64,000 nucleotides of DNA, from the NCBI GenBank assembly GCA_013239625.1, contig MU054323.1, forward strand, positions 9,827,186 through 9,891,185. Direction: 5' to 3'. The stretch comes from Lama guanicoe (taxonomy: Eukaryota). This document shows positions 37,630 to 50,205 of this stretch, piece after piece. The notes beneath the pieces were generated by a model. That model ran no database searches and was not told the DNA's origin. It saw nothing but the letters and a program-made list of their open reading frames with translations. The number at the start of each line of letters is the position of its first letter. Within the stretch, counting starts at the first letter, position 1. The position numbers and the translations under genes were made by a program.

Positions 37630-40600
37630 CCTATTATCAGTGATTTTGCTGAAATGAAGAAAATGTGGAATAAATGATTTATGTCTTTTGTTACTCATAC
37701 AGAACGTCACTAGTTCATCCAAACGTGCAGCAATTAAATTCAGCTATCTTGGATATTTTGCTACCTTCATCATATTGAGACTATAGCTTTATCAATGTTT
37801 TGGGATTTTGGCATTAATTTGCCAAGATAGAAGAATAGGACAATCATATAATAGTTTCTTGCTTTTGTTTTGTTTTGTTTTGGCTTTTTTACAAATTAAA
37901 GACATAGAGTATGTGGATCTCCATTTGTACCCTTGCCTCACCTGCTTCCTCTCCTTACCCCACCAGGCACTATCCTTTACAGCTACTTAGAATTTCTCAG
38001 GACATTGAATGGAGAGTCTCTCTGTAAATCCAAATCACTAGGCTTCATTAAACCTTATACATGCCAAAGCAGACAAGCACACATTTTTAAAACACATTTG
38101 AAAAGTCTCCTAGGTATAATCCCCTGTAATGTACAGCCAGCAAAGCACCCATGACATCCCCTCATTTTCCTGAATAATTTTAGAAGCAAACATTTTCAGA
38201 ATATGAAATAAATTACAAAGGTCATAGGATAATGAATAATATGCCATGTGTGGTTAATTACACTTACTCCTCTAAAAAAAAAGTCATTCTTGCCTCTATA
38301 TAAAAATTGTGTGTGTAGTTATTTCACTTTGAAATGTCAAAGGGTTACTTGGTTTCAGAAAGAAAATGGAAAAGCAAAGATATTTATGTAATACTGAAAG
38401 AATATTTCTAAGAGAATGTAATGTTTAATTCTTTATTGCTTCCCTTTGTCTTGTGGCTGGTTTATAAATATGCAATGCACAATTCTTTGTGCCACTGAAA
38501 TTAAGGGTTCACAGTATTTTTAGTCTTTTCAGAAAAAAAGAACCAAATAATTTAGATACAGAAAAGATATGATTATTTCCCAACAGTTACTAAATCTGAT
38601 GAACCATTATAGTCATAAGGTAGATAGAATTACATTTAATCTTTTTCCATGAGGAGATAACCCGCACTTTTAACTTCAAACAAGATGCCGTTTTTATCCA
38701 CCCTTGATACTTCAGACTTCAAAAGTAAAACACTACTGAATCACTTGAATCCAAGCCACTTGTCTGCCCAAATTTTTTTTTCTGCTATAATTGAAGCAGG
38801 GAACTTGACTGTGAGCGAACTCATTCTAATACTCCAATAAGACCAAACAAGCAAGCCCTGTTGTTAATAACGATGATGGAAGTGATAGCTCTGGGCAGTC
38901 AAGCAAATGCTTACCTGTGACTTGAGGTGTTCACCTGAAAAAAGACACACTGAGGTCAAGCTCACTTTTGGGGTTTTGGGAAATTTTGCCCTGCATGCCC
39001 TGGGAGATCGGAGAAAGAGTTTTCCCTGTTGCCCTAGGATTCATACTCTCGCTTACTCTTATTGGTTTAACAAACATCGCTGGACACTTAATGTCAGACA
39101 CTGTGCCAGATGTCAAGAATTCAAAGATAAAGAATGTAGTCTTTGCAGTCAAGAAGCCCAGTCTAGAAGATTCAGACAATGAATTCTGTGTGATATGTGC
39201 TCTGCCAGAGGCATGGATGAGTTTCCTACTCCAGTCCAGCCCACAGATTTTTGAGTCCAGAGGAGGATAACTTCTCTAGGGTTCATTCAAACTGTAAAAT
39301 GTATATGATTCTGGCTGATGACTCTAGGTTTCATATGATTTCAGATGTGTTTAATAGCTACACTGATGCAGTTCCAGTACTTCTCCAGTGCTGATGCCAG
39401 GATCAGCCTTAGTCTCTTCCAGGCTCGCTTAATGTTTTCCTTATGTTACTAATCTGTCTAAAGCCCCACAGTTACGTTTTATCCTTGGGGGTAAAAGGGG
39501 GTGTGTTTTGAGAGTGCAGTACCCCTTCAGTTCACTCTAATTTGGTGGAGAATGGTTTTGTCATCTTACTCAAGTTAGTTACTTTCCACAGATTCAAATT
39601 CTAAAAGAACTTCCTTGCCTTTGATCCTTTTGAAATGAATATGAGTCTAAGACACACTCCTCTCTTCTTTTTGGAAAAGAGAGGCCTTAAAATGGTTCTA
39701 TCTTGTGATTTATTGGGCAGCTTCTTGCCAGTGAATGAGGCTGATCCCAGCCACAGTCTCTTGGTTTGTATCATCCAAACTCATGGGGTTTGCTGATTTA
39801 GGAATCATTCTGTTCTTCACAGCTCTTCTGCTGGCCACTTCTAAATAAATAGAACTGTTTTCCATCTTGAGTTGTAAAACTCATGTTTTGTTTTGCTCTG
39901 TCAGAAGAGGTTTCAAGAAGACCCAAAGTAAAATGAGATGAATTGTGTAGATCAGTGAATTTCAAATGGGAGGGAGGAGGGATCAGTTTTTCAAACCGTG
40001 CAGTGCCTCCTGGCCCACCCATCCCTATCCATTGCAGCATTTGAGAATCACTGCTGTAGAGAGTGATAATAGGAGATTTGAACCTGGAGGCCAACGTCCA
40101 TTTACACTTTTGTCACCAGCTCCCCAGCTGCCCCGTGATCCTGGTTCACCTGCTGGTCAACTACACTAATCTGTTCATCTGCATATTTTAATTTTAAATA
40201 AAAATTTAAAGTGAGTTAAATCCCAAAGAATGAATTATATAATGAAAAAAGCTATCACAGAAAAAAATACATTTAGAGTGTCTACTATAATTAACCCCCA
40301 AACAAATAGCAAAGTTGGTTGAATTGGGTTATTCAGTAAGTCTTGTTTCCCCCTTAAGGAAACAGACATTCAATTGTAGCTGGAGGATCTAGTTTCAAAA
40401 TGATGTCCATTCATTCACTGGGATGCAATTTAGATGTGTTATCCAAACTCCAGAGGCAGATCCCTCTATCCAGATGAATGGCAGAGAGCTGACAGGACCC
40501 AGCAGACCCAGGCAGTTACAGACCCATAGAGGGTGAGTGTGCAGCTTGGAAACCCTTATGAAATGTCTCAGAGAGCCCTTGGATTTGGTACTTTCCACCA

Positions 40601-40787
40601 ATTTACCTGAGATCATCTCATTTCTGGCCAAGGTTATTTTCTCCTTAGCTTTCTCTAAACATCTCACCTTGCCCTACCTTTCCCTCCACCTTAGTTCTGA
40701 AAATCCTTGTTCTCCCGAGTGTTCTAGGAGGCAGTAGTTCCTGTCTGACCCCTCTGGTCTCTGTTCCCCTCTTAGGCCTACCTATCT

Positions 40788-40853
40788 CTGTGGCTGGCAA
40801 AACCTAATGTATTTATTATCTGACCCTTTATGGAAAAAGTTTGTCAACTTGTG
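40788..40853. mobile_element. MER58B-like terminal fragment
   Basis: aaacctaatgtatttattatctgaccctttatggaaaaagtttgtcaac. Confidence 0.55.
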
Positions 40854-41197
40854 GACTAAAGTACCCACGTCTCTTCTGTTGGGGCTTGTGGGTTCTGGAG
40901 GATGCGTCCATTAGAATACACTCCTGGCCTCTTGTCTTCCCCTTGCTCTACATCCTCTCAGGAAGTAATGTGAGTTATATGATTGGTGAACTTGGGAGAA
41001 GGAACTGAGCTTAGGGCAGCCCTTGTCCTCTCAGAGCCAGCCTGTCACAGGCGGTATAAATTTTTGTCCACTCCCTGCCATGCAGTATAGGAGCCAAAAC
41101 AAGTTACTCTGCTCTAGAATTTTATCTCAGGAGTAGACTCACATTAACCCAAGCTCACAGAGACTGCCATAGAGCCAGAATTCAAATTTATTCCATT

Positions 41198-42035
41198 AAA
41201 CGTTTTTTAACTTTGATTTACAGTATTGTATATACAATGTTGTATAGTTGATTTACAATGTTATGTTAGTTTCTGGTGTATAGCAGAGTGATTCAGTTAT
41301 ACATTTATATATTCTTTTTTATATTCTTTTTCATTATAAGCTATTAGAAGATATTAAATATCATTTCCTGTGCTTTACAATTTATTCCTCCCCTCCTTTC
41401 CCCTTTAGTAACCATAAGTTTGTTTTCCATATCTGTTTCTGTTTTGTAAACAAGTTCATTTTTATCATATTTTAGATTCCACACGTAAGTAAAATGTCAT
41501 GATATTTGTCTTTCTCTGTCTGACTTCACTTAGTGTGATCATCTCTAAGTCCATTCATGTTGCTGCAAATGGCATTATTTCATTCTTTTTATGGCTGAAT
41601 AGTATTTCATTTTATATATATGGCTACATATCTCACATCTTCTTTATCTAATCATCTGTCAATGAACATTTAGGTTGTTTCCATGTCTTGGCTACTGTAA
41701 ATAGTGCTGCTATGAACACTGGGGTGCATGTATCTTTTCAAGTTAAAGTTTCCTCTGGATATATGCCCAGGAGTGGGATTGCTGGATCATATGGTAACTC
41801 TATTTTTAGTTTTTTAAGGGATCTCCATTTTACATTTCCAAATTACATTTCCACCAACAGTGTAGGAGGGTTCCATTTTCTCCACACCCCCTCTAGCATT
41901 CATTGTTTGCAGACTTTTTAATGATGGCCATTCTGACTAGTGTGAAGTGATACCTCATTGTAGTTTTGGTTTGCATTTCTCTGATAATTAGCAATATTGA
42001 GCATCTTTTCATGTGCCTATTGGCCATCTGTATGT
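41198..42035 (-). mobile_element. L1 3' end (artiodactyl-type), 5'-truncated
   Basis: Reverse L1 3' UTR and ORF2 C-terminus. TSD ttcaaatttattccatt (41181-41197) / tttaaatgtattccatt (42036-42052). Confidence 0.9.
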
Positions 42036-42527
42036 TTTAAATGTATTCCATTTTAATGCTAAATGCAACCAGCTAGCCAATGGGCCATCATATTAGCAGA
42101 TCAGGGCATTTGCTCCCTGTAGACAGGGAGACATTTAAATTCTGTATTTAGAGCATCAAATCTGAATAAGGAGAATTACGGAGATGATTTATCAAAGGAT
42201 ATATTTGTCACAGAAACCTAAGAGCTCAAGTCCTTGGGCCAAGGCCCCTTCTCCCCGAACAGTATTTGGAAAGCTGCTACCAACTTCTGGGTTTTTAGAC
42301 TTGGGTTTTCCATGCTATAGGCTGAGGAAACCTCTGCCCACTGCCTTTGTTTATTCAGGCTTTCTCCAAACATTTTAACTTTACACACAAATTAATAGTC
42401 ACATTCTGGTTCCTGCCATCCTGAGATGACCCCCGGGTCACTTTGGCTGAATTTACAGGTGTTTTCAAAGTCTTCAGTTACACGCTTGTTATCTGTTAGT
42501 TTACTCCTTCAGCTGACTTATCAGATC

Positions 42528-42587
42528 TGTGTGTGTGTATGTATGTATGTATGTATGTATGTATGTATGTATGTATGTGTGTGTGTG
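42528..42587. repeat. (TG)n-(TATG)n-(TG)n compound microsatellite
   Basis: Direct reading. Confidence 0.95.
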
Positions 42588-43039
42588 TCTTACCCATATA
42601 ACTCTCAGAAAGCAACCTCATTTCCCACTTCCAGGTTTCTTTGGAAGCCATTACCCCACTTACTGCCAACAAAGGCATTTTTGATCTCTTTCTAAGAAAA
42701 TCTTAGTATAACTCTTTTTAGTATACTTTAAAACTTAACAATCTGAATTCAAGCACTTAAGCAGTTTTTCCTGATTTCATATTGTCATAACTTATGAGAC
42801 TGAGCTAATGATGACAAATACCCAGGAGAGGCTCTCAGTGTAACTCCTCTGGTTTTTAACTGCTGTTAAATAGTCTTATGCAATAAACTCAACATATTTA
42901 AGATCTCTGATTTGTTTCCAAAGAAGGTGGATACAAATATTTGACTCGTAAGCAAAGAAACAGCTAGTTGGATGCCACCAACCTTCAGAATCAGCCTCAG
43001 ATCAGAAACACCTTTCCCCACCATCTTCCTTTTTTTCCT

Positions 43040-43500
43040 CCCCAAACATCTCTTCTGTGTTAGGCATAGTTTGGAGCACTGTAGATGTAACAGTGAAATT
43101 ATGATACAACAGGTAATTCTTGACCTAATGGGGCTTACATTCCAGTCAAGGGAGACAGACTATTAGAAAAACAAATAAGTAAGAAAAATATCAGCACTTG
43201 GAAAGTGTTGGTAGAAAACAGAATTGAATAGTGTAATAGATGGGATCATCAGTGAAGGCCTCTCTGAAGAGTGATATTTAAGCTAAGACCTGACAAGAAG
43301 GAGCCAATTATAGGGAAATGAGGGTAAAGACCATTACAGGTGAGGAGGCCTGAGACAAGGCCCAAAAGGAGGAGCAGGCTTGGTGAGCTCAGGAAGAGAA
43401 AGAAGGCTGAAGGGTGGTCAGCAAGGAGAAGAGTGGGAATAAGAATAAGTCTTCCATCCAGAGCATGGACGTGGAATAGATGTAGGGACAAATACCTTGA
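43040..43500 (-). mobile_element. L2 LINE remnant
   Basis: gggcttacattccagtcaagggagacagac...gaaggcctctctgaagagtgatatttaagctaagacctga. Confidence 0.75.
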
Positions 43501-44390
43501 TGATTGCCTCATTTTGAGGGACTGTGGAAACTGTAACTGCTTTACCTTGCCTCGTGTTTTTGCTCTATTTTAAAAATACATAATTAGGCAATGTGGGTGT
43601 GTAATATGGGTTGGTTCAGTCTCCACAGCATTGTCTTTGGCCAAGCTCATTGTAAGTCTTTTCTAGATTTACCAGGTGATACCATGTTCCAAGTCAAACA
43701 AATGATATATGAGAAGTGCAACAGGGCAAGGATGTTAAAAATTCATCACCGTGCCCCTCCATATCTCAGAGGTCACAGGTGTTTAAAAGCCAAGAGCAGA
43801 AGGAGAGGATCCAAGTAAATGATTTCTTATGAATTGTTGTATTAACCTTGACAAACTCACCCTTTTGGAAGGATAGAGGTGTCAGGATACTGGGTCTCAA
43901 AATGTTTCTTCCAGCTCAGTGATACTAAGGAAAGGATAAATCAGGCCTCAAAATGTATGCTGGCCCTGAAGTTTGCAGGTTCATAAACTCATTGTTCTCA
44001 GTTCATTTGGAAAAGAGCTGGCTCTGGGGAAATTAATTCACATTAATCAGAGTTATAATGGACTAATTAATAAAGTATAATGCCATTTATTCATTACCTA
44101 TGAGAGTACCAACTAAAATTCATGTTAGTTAGCACACAGTCTTCTCCTGGCAGGAAAATCTATTTAAGAAATCAAATTAAAGTCAGACGGTTAAATGTTA
44201 AATATGGAAGCTGAACAAATCAAGTTGGATGTTTTGAAAGGCTATATTCATTAAACAGTCTTTATTCATTGCAAGGACATACAGTCCCAGCTGGGCAAAT
44301 GATCTACTATTGAGCTAGACAGGGAAGGCCAGTGCTGGAGAAACATGGCAAATTTTTACTTCAAGCCTCTCCTTTTTTCTAGAACTGGGC

Positions 44391-44577
44391 CACTGATTCT
44401 CAAAGGGTGGTCTGAAAGCCAACTACAGTAAATATTCTTCAGGTATTTATTGAAAATACATTTTTCCAGGCCCCATCTTACACTTTGAAATCAGAATCTA
44501 TGGTCTTGGGTTGGGAATATTGAATTAAATTATTTCTCCAGGGAACTCTAAGCACACCAATGTTTTGAAAGCCACTG
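44391..44577. mobile_element. MER5-like hAT-Charlie MITE
   Basis: cactgattctcaaagggtggtc...ccaggcccc...aatcagaatct...ttttgaaagccactg. Confidence 0.7.
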
Positions 44578-44594
44578 CTAGCTGCTAAGCTATA

Positions 44595-44800
44595 AAATCT
44601 TTGGCAAGTTAGTTACTTAACTCCTCCAAGCCTTAGAGTATTTGTCTGTTAAAAAAAAAAAAAGGATAATGATAGATCTTATCTTCTAGGGCTATTGCAG
44701 GGATCAAATGAGTCCAGACATGTAAAGCCCTTAGAACAGCGTCTGGCACCTAGTAAGCCCTCAGTACATGCTTACTGTCATTATTATTACCACCATTATT
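44595..44800 (+). mobile_element. MIR SINE
   Basis: gttacttaactc...gatcaaatgag...tgtaaagcccttagaacagcgtctggcacctagtaagccctcag. Confidence 0.78.
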
Positions 44801-45754
44801 GTCATCATCTTCATTGTCATTACTCAGTCCACCACATTCTAGTTTGCACACAGATTTTATTTTTCTTTAATCAAGCATAGTCAAGTTTATTGGTTACTGT
44901 AGGAAGGGAGACCATACCCTTGACAGAGTCTTAGTAGCATCTCCCAGATTGTTTTTCATGGATGACATTTCAGGGTTTCTGCTTCTTAAGGATGGAAAAC
45001 ATGGCATCAAAGCCACTTCCAAATCATGCAGCAGGATGGATTTATTTTTAGGAAAACTTACAACACCCACAGTGCTTGACTTAAACCTTACTTTTGATCT
45101 CAGAGTTTGGCACATCCTGGCCCCTGTCCTGAAGGCCAGGTTGCATCTTAACTTTGAGGCTAAAAGTTCTCTGTACAGACAACAGCAACACACCTAATTG
45201 TTTAAAGTCACTTCTTTAAATGTGGTCACTTGTTGTTAATTACCCTTACATTTACACTTTCCTTTAAAAAATGAACACCATGTAGACTAGAGTCCTCTTG
45301 ATTAGCATTGGTTGAGTAACGGTGATTCTTACTAAATCAAGTGGAAACTTGGAGGTACCATGCTGGTACATTTGGAAGTACGGTACCATATACCATGTTT
45401 GGTAACTTGTCAGAGTTTGCAAGTAGAACTAGAAACAGCACCACTCCTATTAACTCTTTCTTCATCTGAATACTTCAGAGTGGGTTATAACTGTTAATTA
45501 AGCCTTAAAACCGCCCTATGACATGGATAATTACACTAGTCATTCCTGCAGTTTAGATGGGCACATTATAGAAGGAAAAGGGTAAGTGAAGTTAATTTTT
45601 AAGGTTAGGCTGATTCAGCAGTAAAATCATTCAGGGAACTTTTAAGCACTGCAATCTAAATAGTTCTGCAACTGGTTTCCCTAAGTATAACATTTAAAAT
45701 TGAGTTGTTAAAAAAATAATAATAAAATAAAATAAAAAAATAAAATTGAGTTGT

Positions 45755-48430
45755 AATAGTACTGGAAGTTCTAGCCACATCAATCAGACAAGGAAAATAA
45801 ATAAAAGGTATTCAATTGGAAAAGAAGAAGTTAAACGATTATTCTTTGTAGATGATATGATATTTTATAAAGAAAAGCCTAAAGAGTTCACACAAAAACT
45901 ATTAGAACTAATAAATGAACTCAGCAAGGTAGCAGGATACAAGAATAATGTACAGAAATCTGTTCCATTTCTTTACACTAACGATGAAACATCATGAAGT
46001 AAAAAAAAAAAAAGCATTTAAAATTGCATTTAAAAAAACCACCTAGGAATACACCTAATCAAGGAGTGAAAGACCTATACACTGAAAACCATAAAATACT
46101 GATAAAGGAAATTGAAGATTAAATTTAAAGAAATGGAAAGATGGCCCATGCTATTGGATTGAAAGAATTAATATTGTTAAAATGGTTATACTACACAAAG
46201 CAATCTATAGATTTAATGTGATTCCTATCAGATTACCCAGGACATTTTTTACAGAACTAAAACAAATAATCCTAAAATTTATATGGAACCATTAAAGGCC
46301 CATAATTGCCAATGCATTCCTGAGGAAAAAGAACAAAGTTAGAGGCATAACCTACCCAGACTATAGACAATACTATGAAGCTACAGTAATCAAAACATCA
46401 TGGTATTGGCACAAAAACAGACATGTAGATCAACAGAACAGAATAAAGAGCCCAGAAAATACCCACACACCTACAGTCAATTAATCTTCAACAAAGAAGG
46501 CGAGAGGATACAATGGACAAAAGACAGTCTCTTCAGCAACTTATGTTGGGAAAGCTGGACAGCTGCATGTAAAACAATGAAGTTAGAACACACCTTCACA
46601 CCATATACAAAAATAAACTCATAATGGTTTAAAGACTTAAATGTACATGGAGCCATAAAGCTCCTAGACAAAATATTCTCAGACACAAATCATAGGAATG
46701 TTTTCTTAGATCAGTCTCCCAAGGCAAAAGAAACAAAAGCAAAAATAAACAAATGGGACTTAATTAAACTTAAAAGTTTTTAATGAGACAGGAAGGAAGG
46801 GGGCAGGGCACAGCCATTCAAGAAATAACTGCAATTAACACTAAGGTGGCAGAAAATTCAACTCTCAGTAGGCCTTGAGGCCCAAGATGCCTGGAGATTT
46901 GACTTCCTGTAGACTTTGAGCTTTATTATTATTATTATTATTACTCATTGTAATATATTAGCAAGGTAAATGGCACTCCCATAGGCACCATGACAGTTTT
47001 AAGGCTAACCATAAAAGGTCAAAAAGTGGGTGGTGGCCCAATTCCTGGGAATCCCAGCCCTTTCCCAAAAGTAGCTGGAATAATCCTCCCACTTGTTAAC
47101 ATATGAAGTTACCAAGCTTAATAAAAATTAACAAACTCCACACCTCATGGCCACTCTCCCTCCTGAGTAAGATGGCCCACACTCTGTCTATGGAATGTGT
47201 AACTACTTTTACTTTAAACTAAGCACCCAATCCCACACCTTGTGGCCCTTCTCTTGCCTTCTGAAATAGCCTGCACTCTATGGTGTATGTATCTCTCTAA
47301 ATAAATCTAACTTTATTCAAAAAAAAAAAAAACCAAAAACTTAAAACGTTTTTGCACAGCAAAGGAAACCATCAACAAAATGAAAAACAACCTACAGAAT
47401 GGGAGAAAATACTCGCAAAAGATGCAACAGACAAGGGGTTAATTTCCAAAATATACAAATGGCTCACACAACTCAATTATCAAAGAAACAAACAACCCAA
47501 TCAAAAAATGGGCAGAAGACCTGAAAAGATGTTTCTCCAAAGAAGTCATACAAATGGCCAACAGATATGAAAAGATCTTCAACATCACTAATTATTAGAG
47601 AAATGCAAATCAAAACCACAAAGAGGTATCACCTCACACTGGTCAGAAAAGCTATCATCAAAAAGTCTACAAATAATAAATGTTGGAGGGGTGTAAAGAA
47701 AAGTGAACCCTCTTACACTGTTGATTGGAATGTAAATTGGTGAGCCACCATGGAGAACAGTATAGAGGTTTCTTAAAAAAACTAAAAATAGACTTACCAT
47801 ATGTTCTAGCAATTCCACTCCTGGGCATATATCTGGAAAAGACAAAATTTTTAATTCAAAAAGACACATGCTCCCCAATGTTCATAGTGGCACTATTTAC
47901 AATAGCCAAGACATGGAAACAACCTAAATGTCCATCAACAGATGATTGGTTTAAGAAATGTGATAGATGTATATACATATACACATACATACAATGGAAT
48001 ATTACACAGTCATTAAAAAGAATGAAATAATGCCATTTGCAGCAACATGGATGGACCTAGAGATGATCATACAAGTGAAGTAAGTCAGAGAAAGACAAAT
48101 ACCACTTACATGTGGAATCTAAAAAAACAATACAGATGAATCTATATACAAAATAGAAATAGATTCATGGACATAGAAAACAAGTTTATGGTTACCAAAG
48201 GGGAAAGGGAAGAAAAGGAGGGATAAATTAGGAGTATGGATTAACAGATACAAATTACTATACATAAGATAGATAAGCAACAAGGATTTACTGTGTAATG
48301 CAGGGAACAATATTTAATATCTTGTAATAACCAATAATGGAAAATAATCTGAAAAATAGATATATAAAGCTGAATCACTGGAAACTAACACAATATGGTA
48401 AATCAATTATATTTCAACTTTGAAAAGATA
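45755..48430 (+). mobile_element. 5'-truncated L1 (ORF2 RT to 3' UTR, disrupted), interrupted by an LTR copy at 46782-47336
   Basis: The translation includes [18 protein letters not shown] (RT FADD motif region). L1 3' UTR present. 17-bp TSD aaataaaattgagttgt (45738-45754 / 48431-48447). Confidence 0.93.
46782..47336 (+). mobile_element. ERV1-like (MER41-related) LTR U3-R copy with poly(A) tail
   Basis: Starts aa-TGAGACAGGAAGG. AATAAA at 47300-47305, A14 at 47319-47332. Flanked by aaacttaaaagttttt (46766-46781) / aaacttaaaacgttttt (47337-47353). Confidence 0.8.
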
Positions 48431-49069
48431 AAATAAAATTGAGTTGTTGAAAAATGAATAAATTTTTGTAAAAACAAAAATTAACTCTAACCTGGTGAAG
48501 AAAAAAGGATGGTATACCCTGGGTTTAGCCAGGACTTAGCTACTCTGACTTCCTTTATGTCCAACCTGTTTCCCAGTGCTGGACCGCTCCCTTTCTAATC
48601 AACATGGATTCTTCTTCCTCCCTCTCATTTTCACTCACCAGTAAACTGTGAGCCTACATGACTCCCTGGCTTGCAGTGAGGGGAACAGCCCGAGATACTG
48701 ATGACAAGCATGGCTTAAACAGCTTGCTGACAGAGATCCATGCCTACCAGATCCACAGTGCTCCACTTGGCTCTACCCCATTTCACTCACGTGCTGATTT
48801 CTGCTAAACATAGCCCAGTTCCCAGGTCACCAGCTGGCAAGACTCTGAACTATTTTTAGCTGGGTCCAGGACTCAGGGCACTAAATCTGGATAGGTAGCT
48901 GAGATTCCATTCTAGCTTTTAAAAATAATAACTTCTATTTTTCTCTCGTTACAATTTACCATGCCTTCATTTTAGACTATTTTGAAAATATAGCTGGGAA
49001 AAAGGTGAGAATATTTAGAACATATAGCAAAAAGAAGAAAATTTAAATTTCCTTTAATTTTAGGATATT

Positions 49070-50205
49070 GAGGTATAATATGTAATATATATAGCATTAT
49101 ATATATAGTAAATTTTACTAATCATAAATATACATTTTGATATATTATGTAAGTATATACTTGTCTAACCCAAACCTAGATCAAAATAAAGGACATTCCA
49201 ATACCCAAGAAACTTCTTGCCCCTTCCCAGTCAATATCCCTATGCCCCACATGTAAATCTTATCCTGACTTTTATCATTTTTGATTAGTTTTACCTGTTT
49301 TTGAATTTCATATAAATGGAATCATATAGTATATACTTTTTATGTTTTCCATTTTCCATTCATTATAACGTCTGTGATTCATGCATGTTGTCACATGTAG
49401 CAGTAGATTGGCTTTCTGTCCGTTTTTGTGGAGTAAAATATCATCACGTGAATACAGTTTATATATCAATTCTCCTGTTGAGGGATATTTAGCTTGTTTC
49501 CAAATTTTGGTTATTAAAAATAAAACTGTCACAAACATTTTGTTCATGTCTTTTAGTGGCCATATGTACCCATTTCTGTTGGGTATATACCTAGGAGTGG
49601 AATTGCTAAGTCAATTTAAGACATACTTGACAGCCCTAAGGTCATGAAGATATTCTCTTCTTTGGAAGAGAATGTTTTATTTGGAAGCTCTGTTGTTTTA
49701 CCATTTAAGCTTGTGATTCATCTCAAATTAAGTTTTTGTGTATGGCATGAAATAGAGGTCCAAGCTCATTATTATTTTTTTTCATAAGACTATCCAGGTG
49801 CTCCAGAATCATTTACTGAAAAGACCATTCTTCCCCAACCATACATGTGTGAGTCTGTTTCTGGACTCTATACTCTCTTCTATTGGTTCATCTATTCCTG
49901 TACTAATGCCACATTATCTTAATTATTGTAGTTTTATATTAAATATTTTAATATTTTAATATAGTAGCATAATTCCTTCTCTTCAAGATTGTCTTATCTA
50001 TTTTAGATCCTTTGCATTTCCATATACATTTTAGAGACAGCTTGTCAATTTTAACTACCTTCTCCCATCCCCAAGAGAAAAGTAGTTGAGATTCTGATTG
50101 AGTGCATTGAATCTGTAGATTAATTTAAAGAGGATTGCTATCTTAATCTCATTTTTCCAATTCATGAACTTAATACATAGCTCCATTTATGTAGGTCTTC
50201 TTTAA
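49070..50205 (-). mobile_element. Old L1M (MC/ME-like) fragments
   Basis: tttcatataaatggaatcatatag; gggtatatacctaggagtggaattgct; ctttgcatttccatatacattttag...gcttgtcaattt. Confidence 0.8.

Noticed and set aside
45746..48030. L1 ORF2-derived ORFs as a functional reverse transcriptase
   Set aside because: 5'-truncated, fragmented by stops and frameshifts, and interrupted by an insert.
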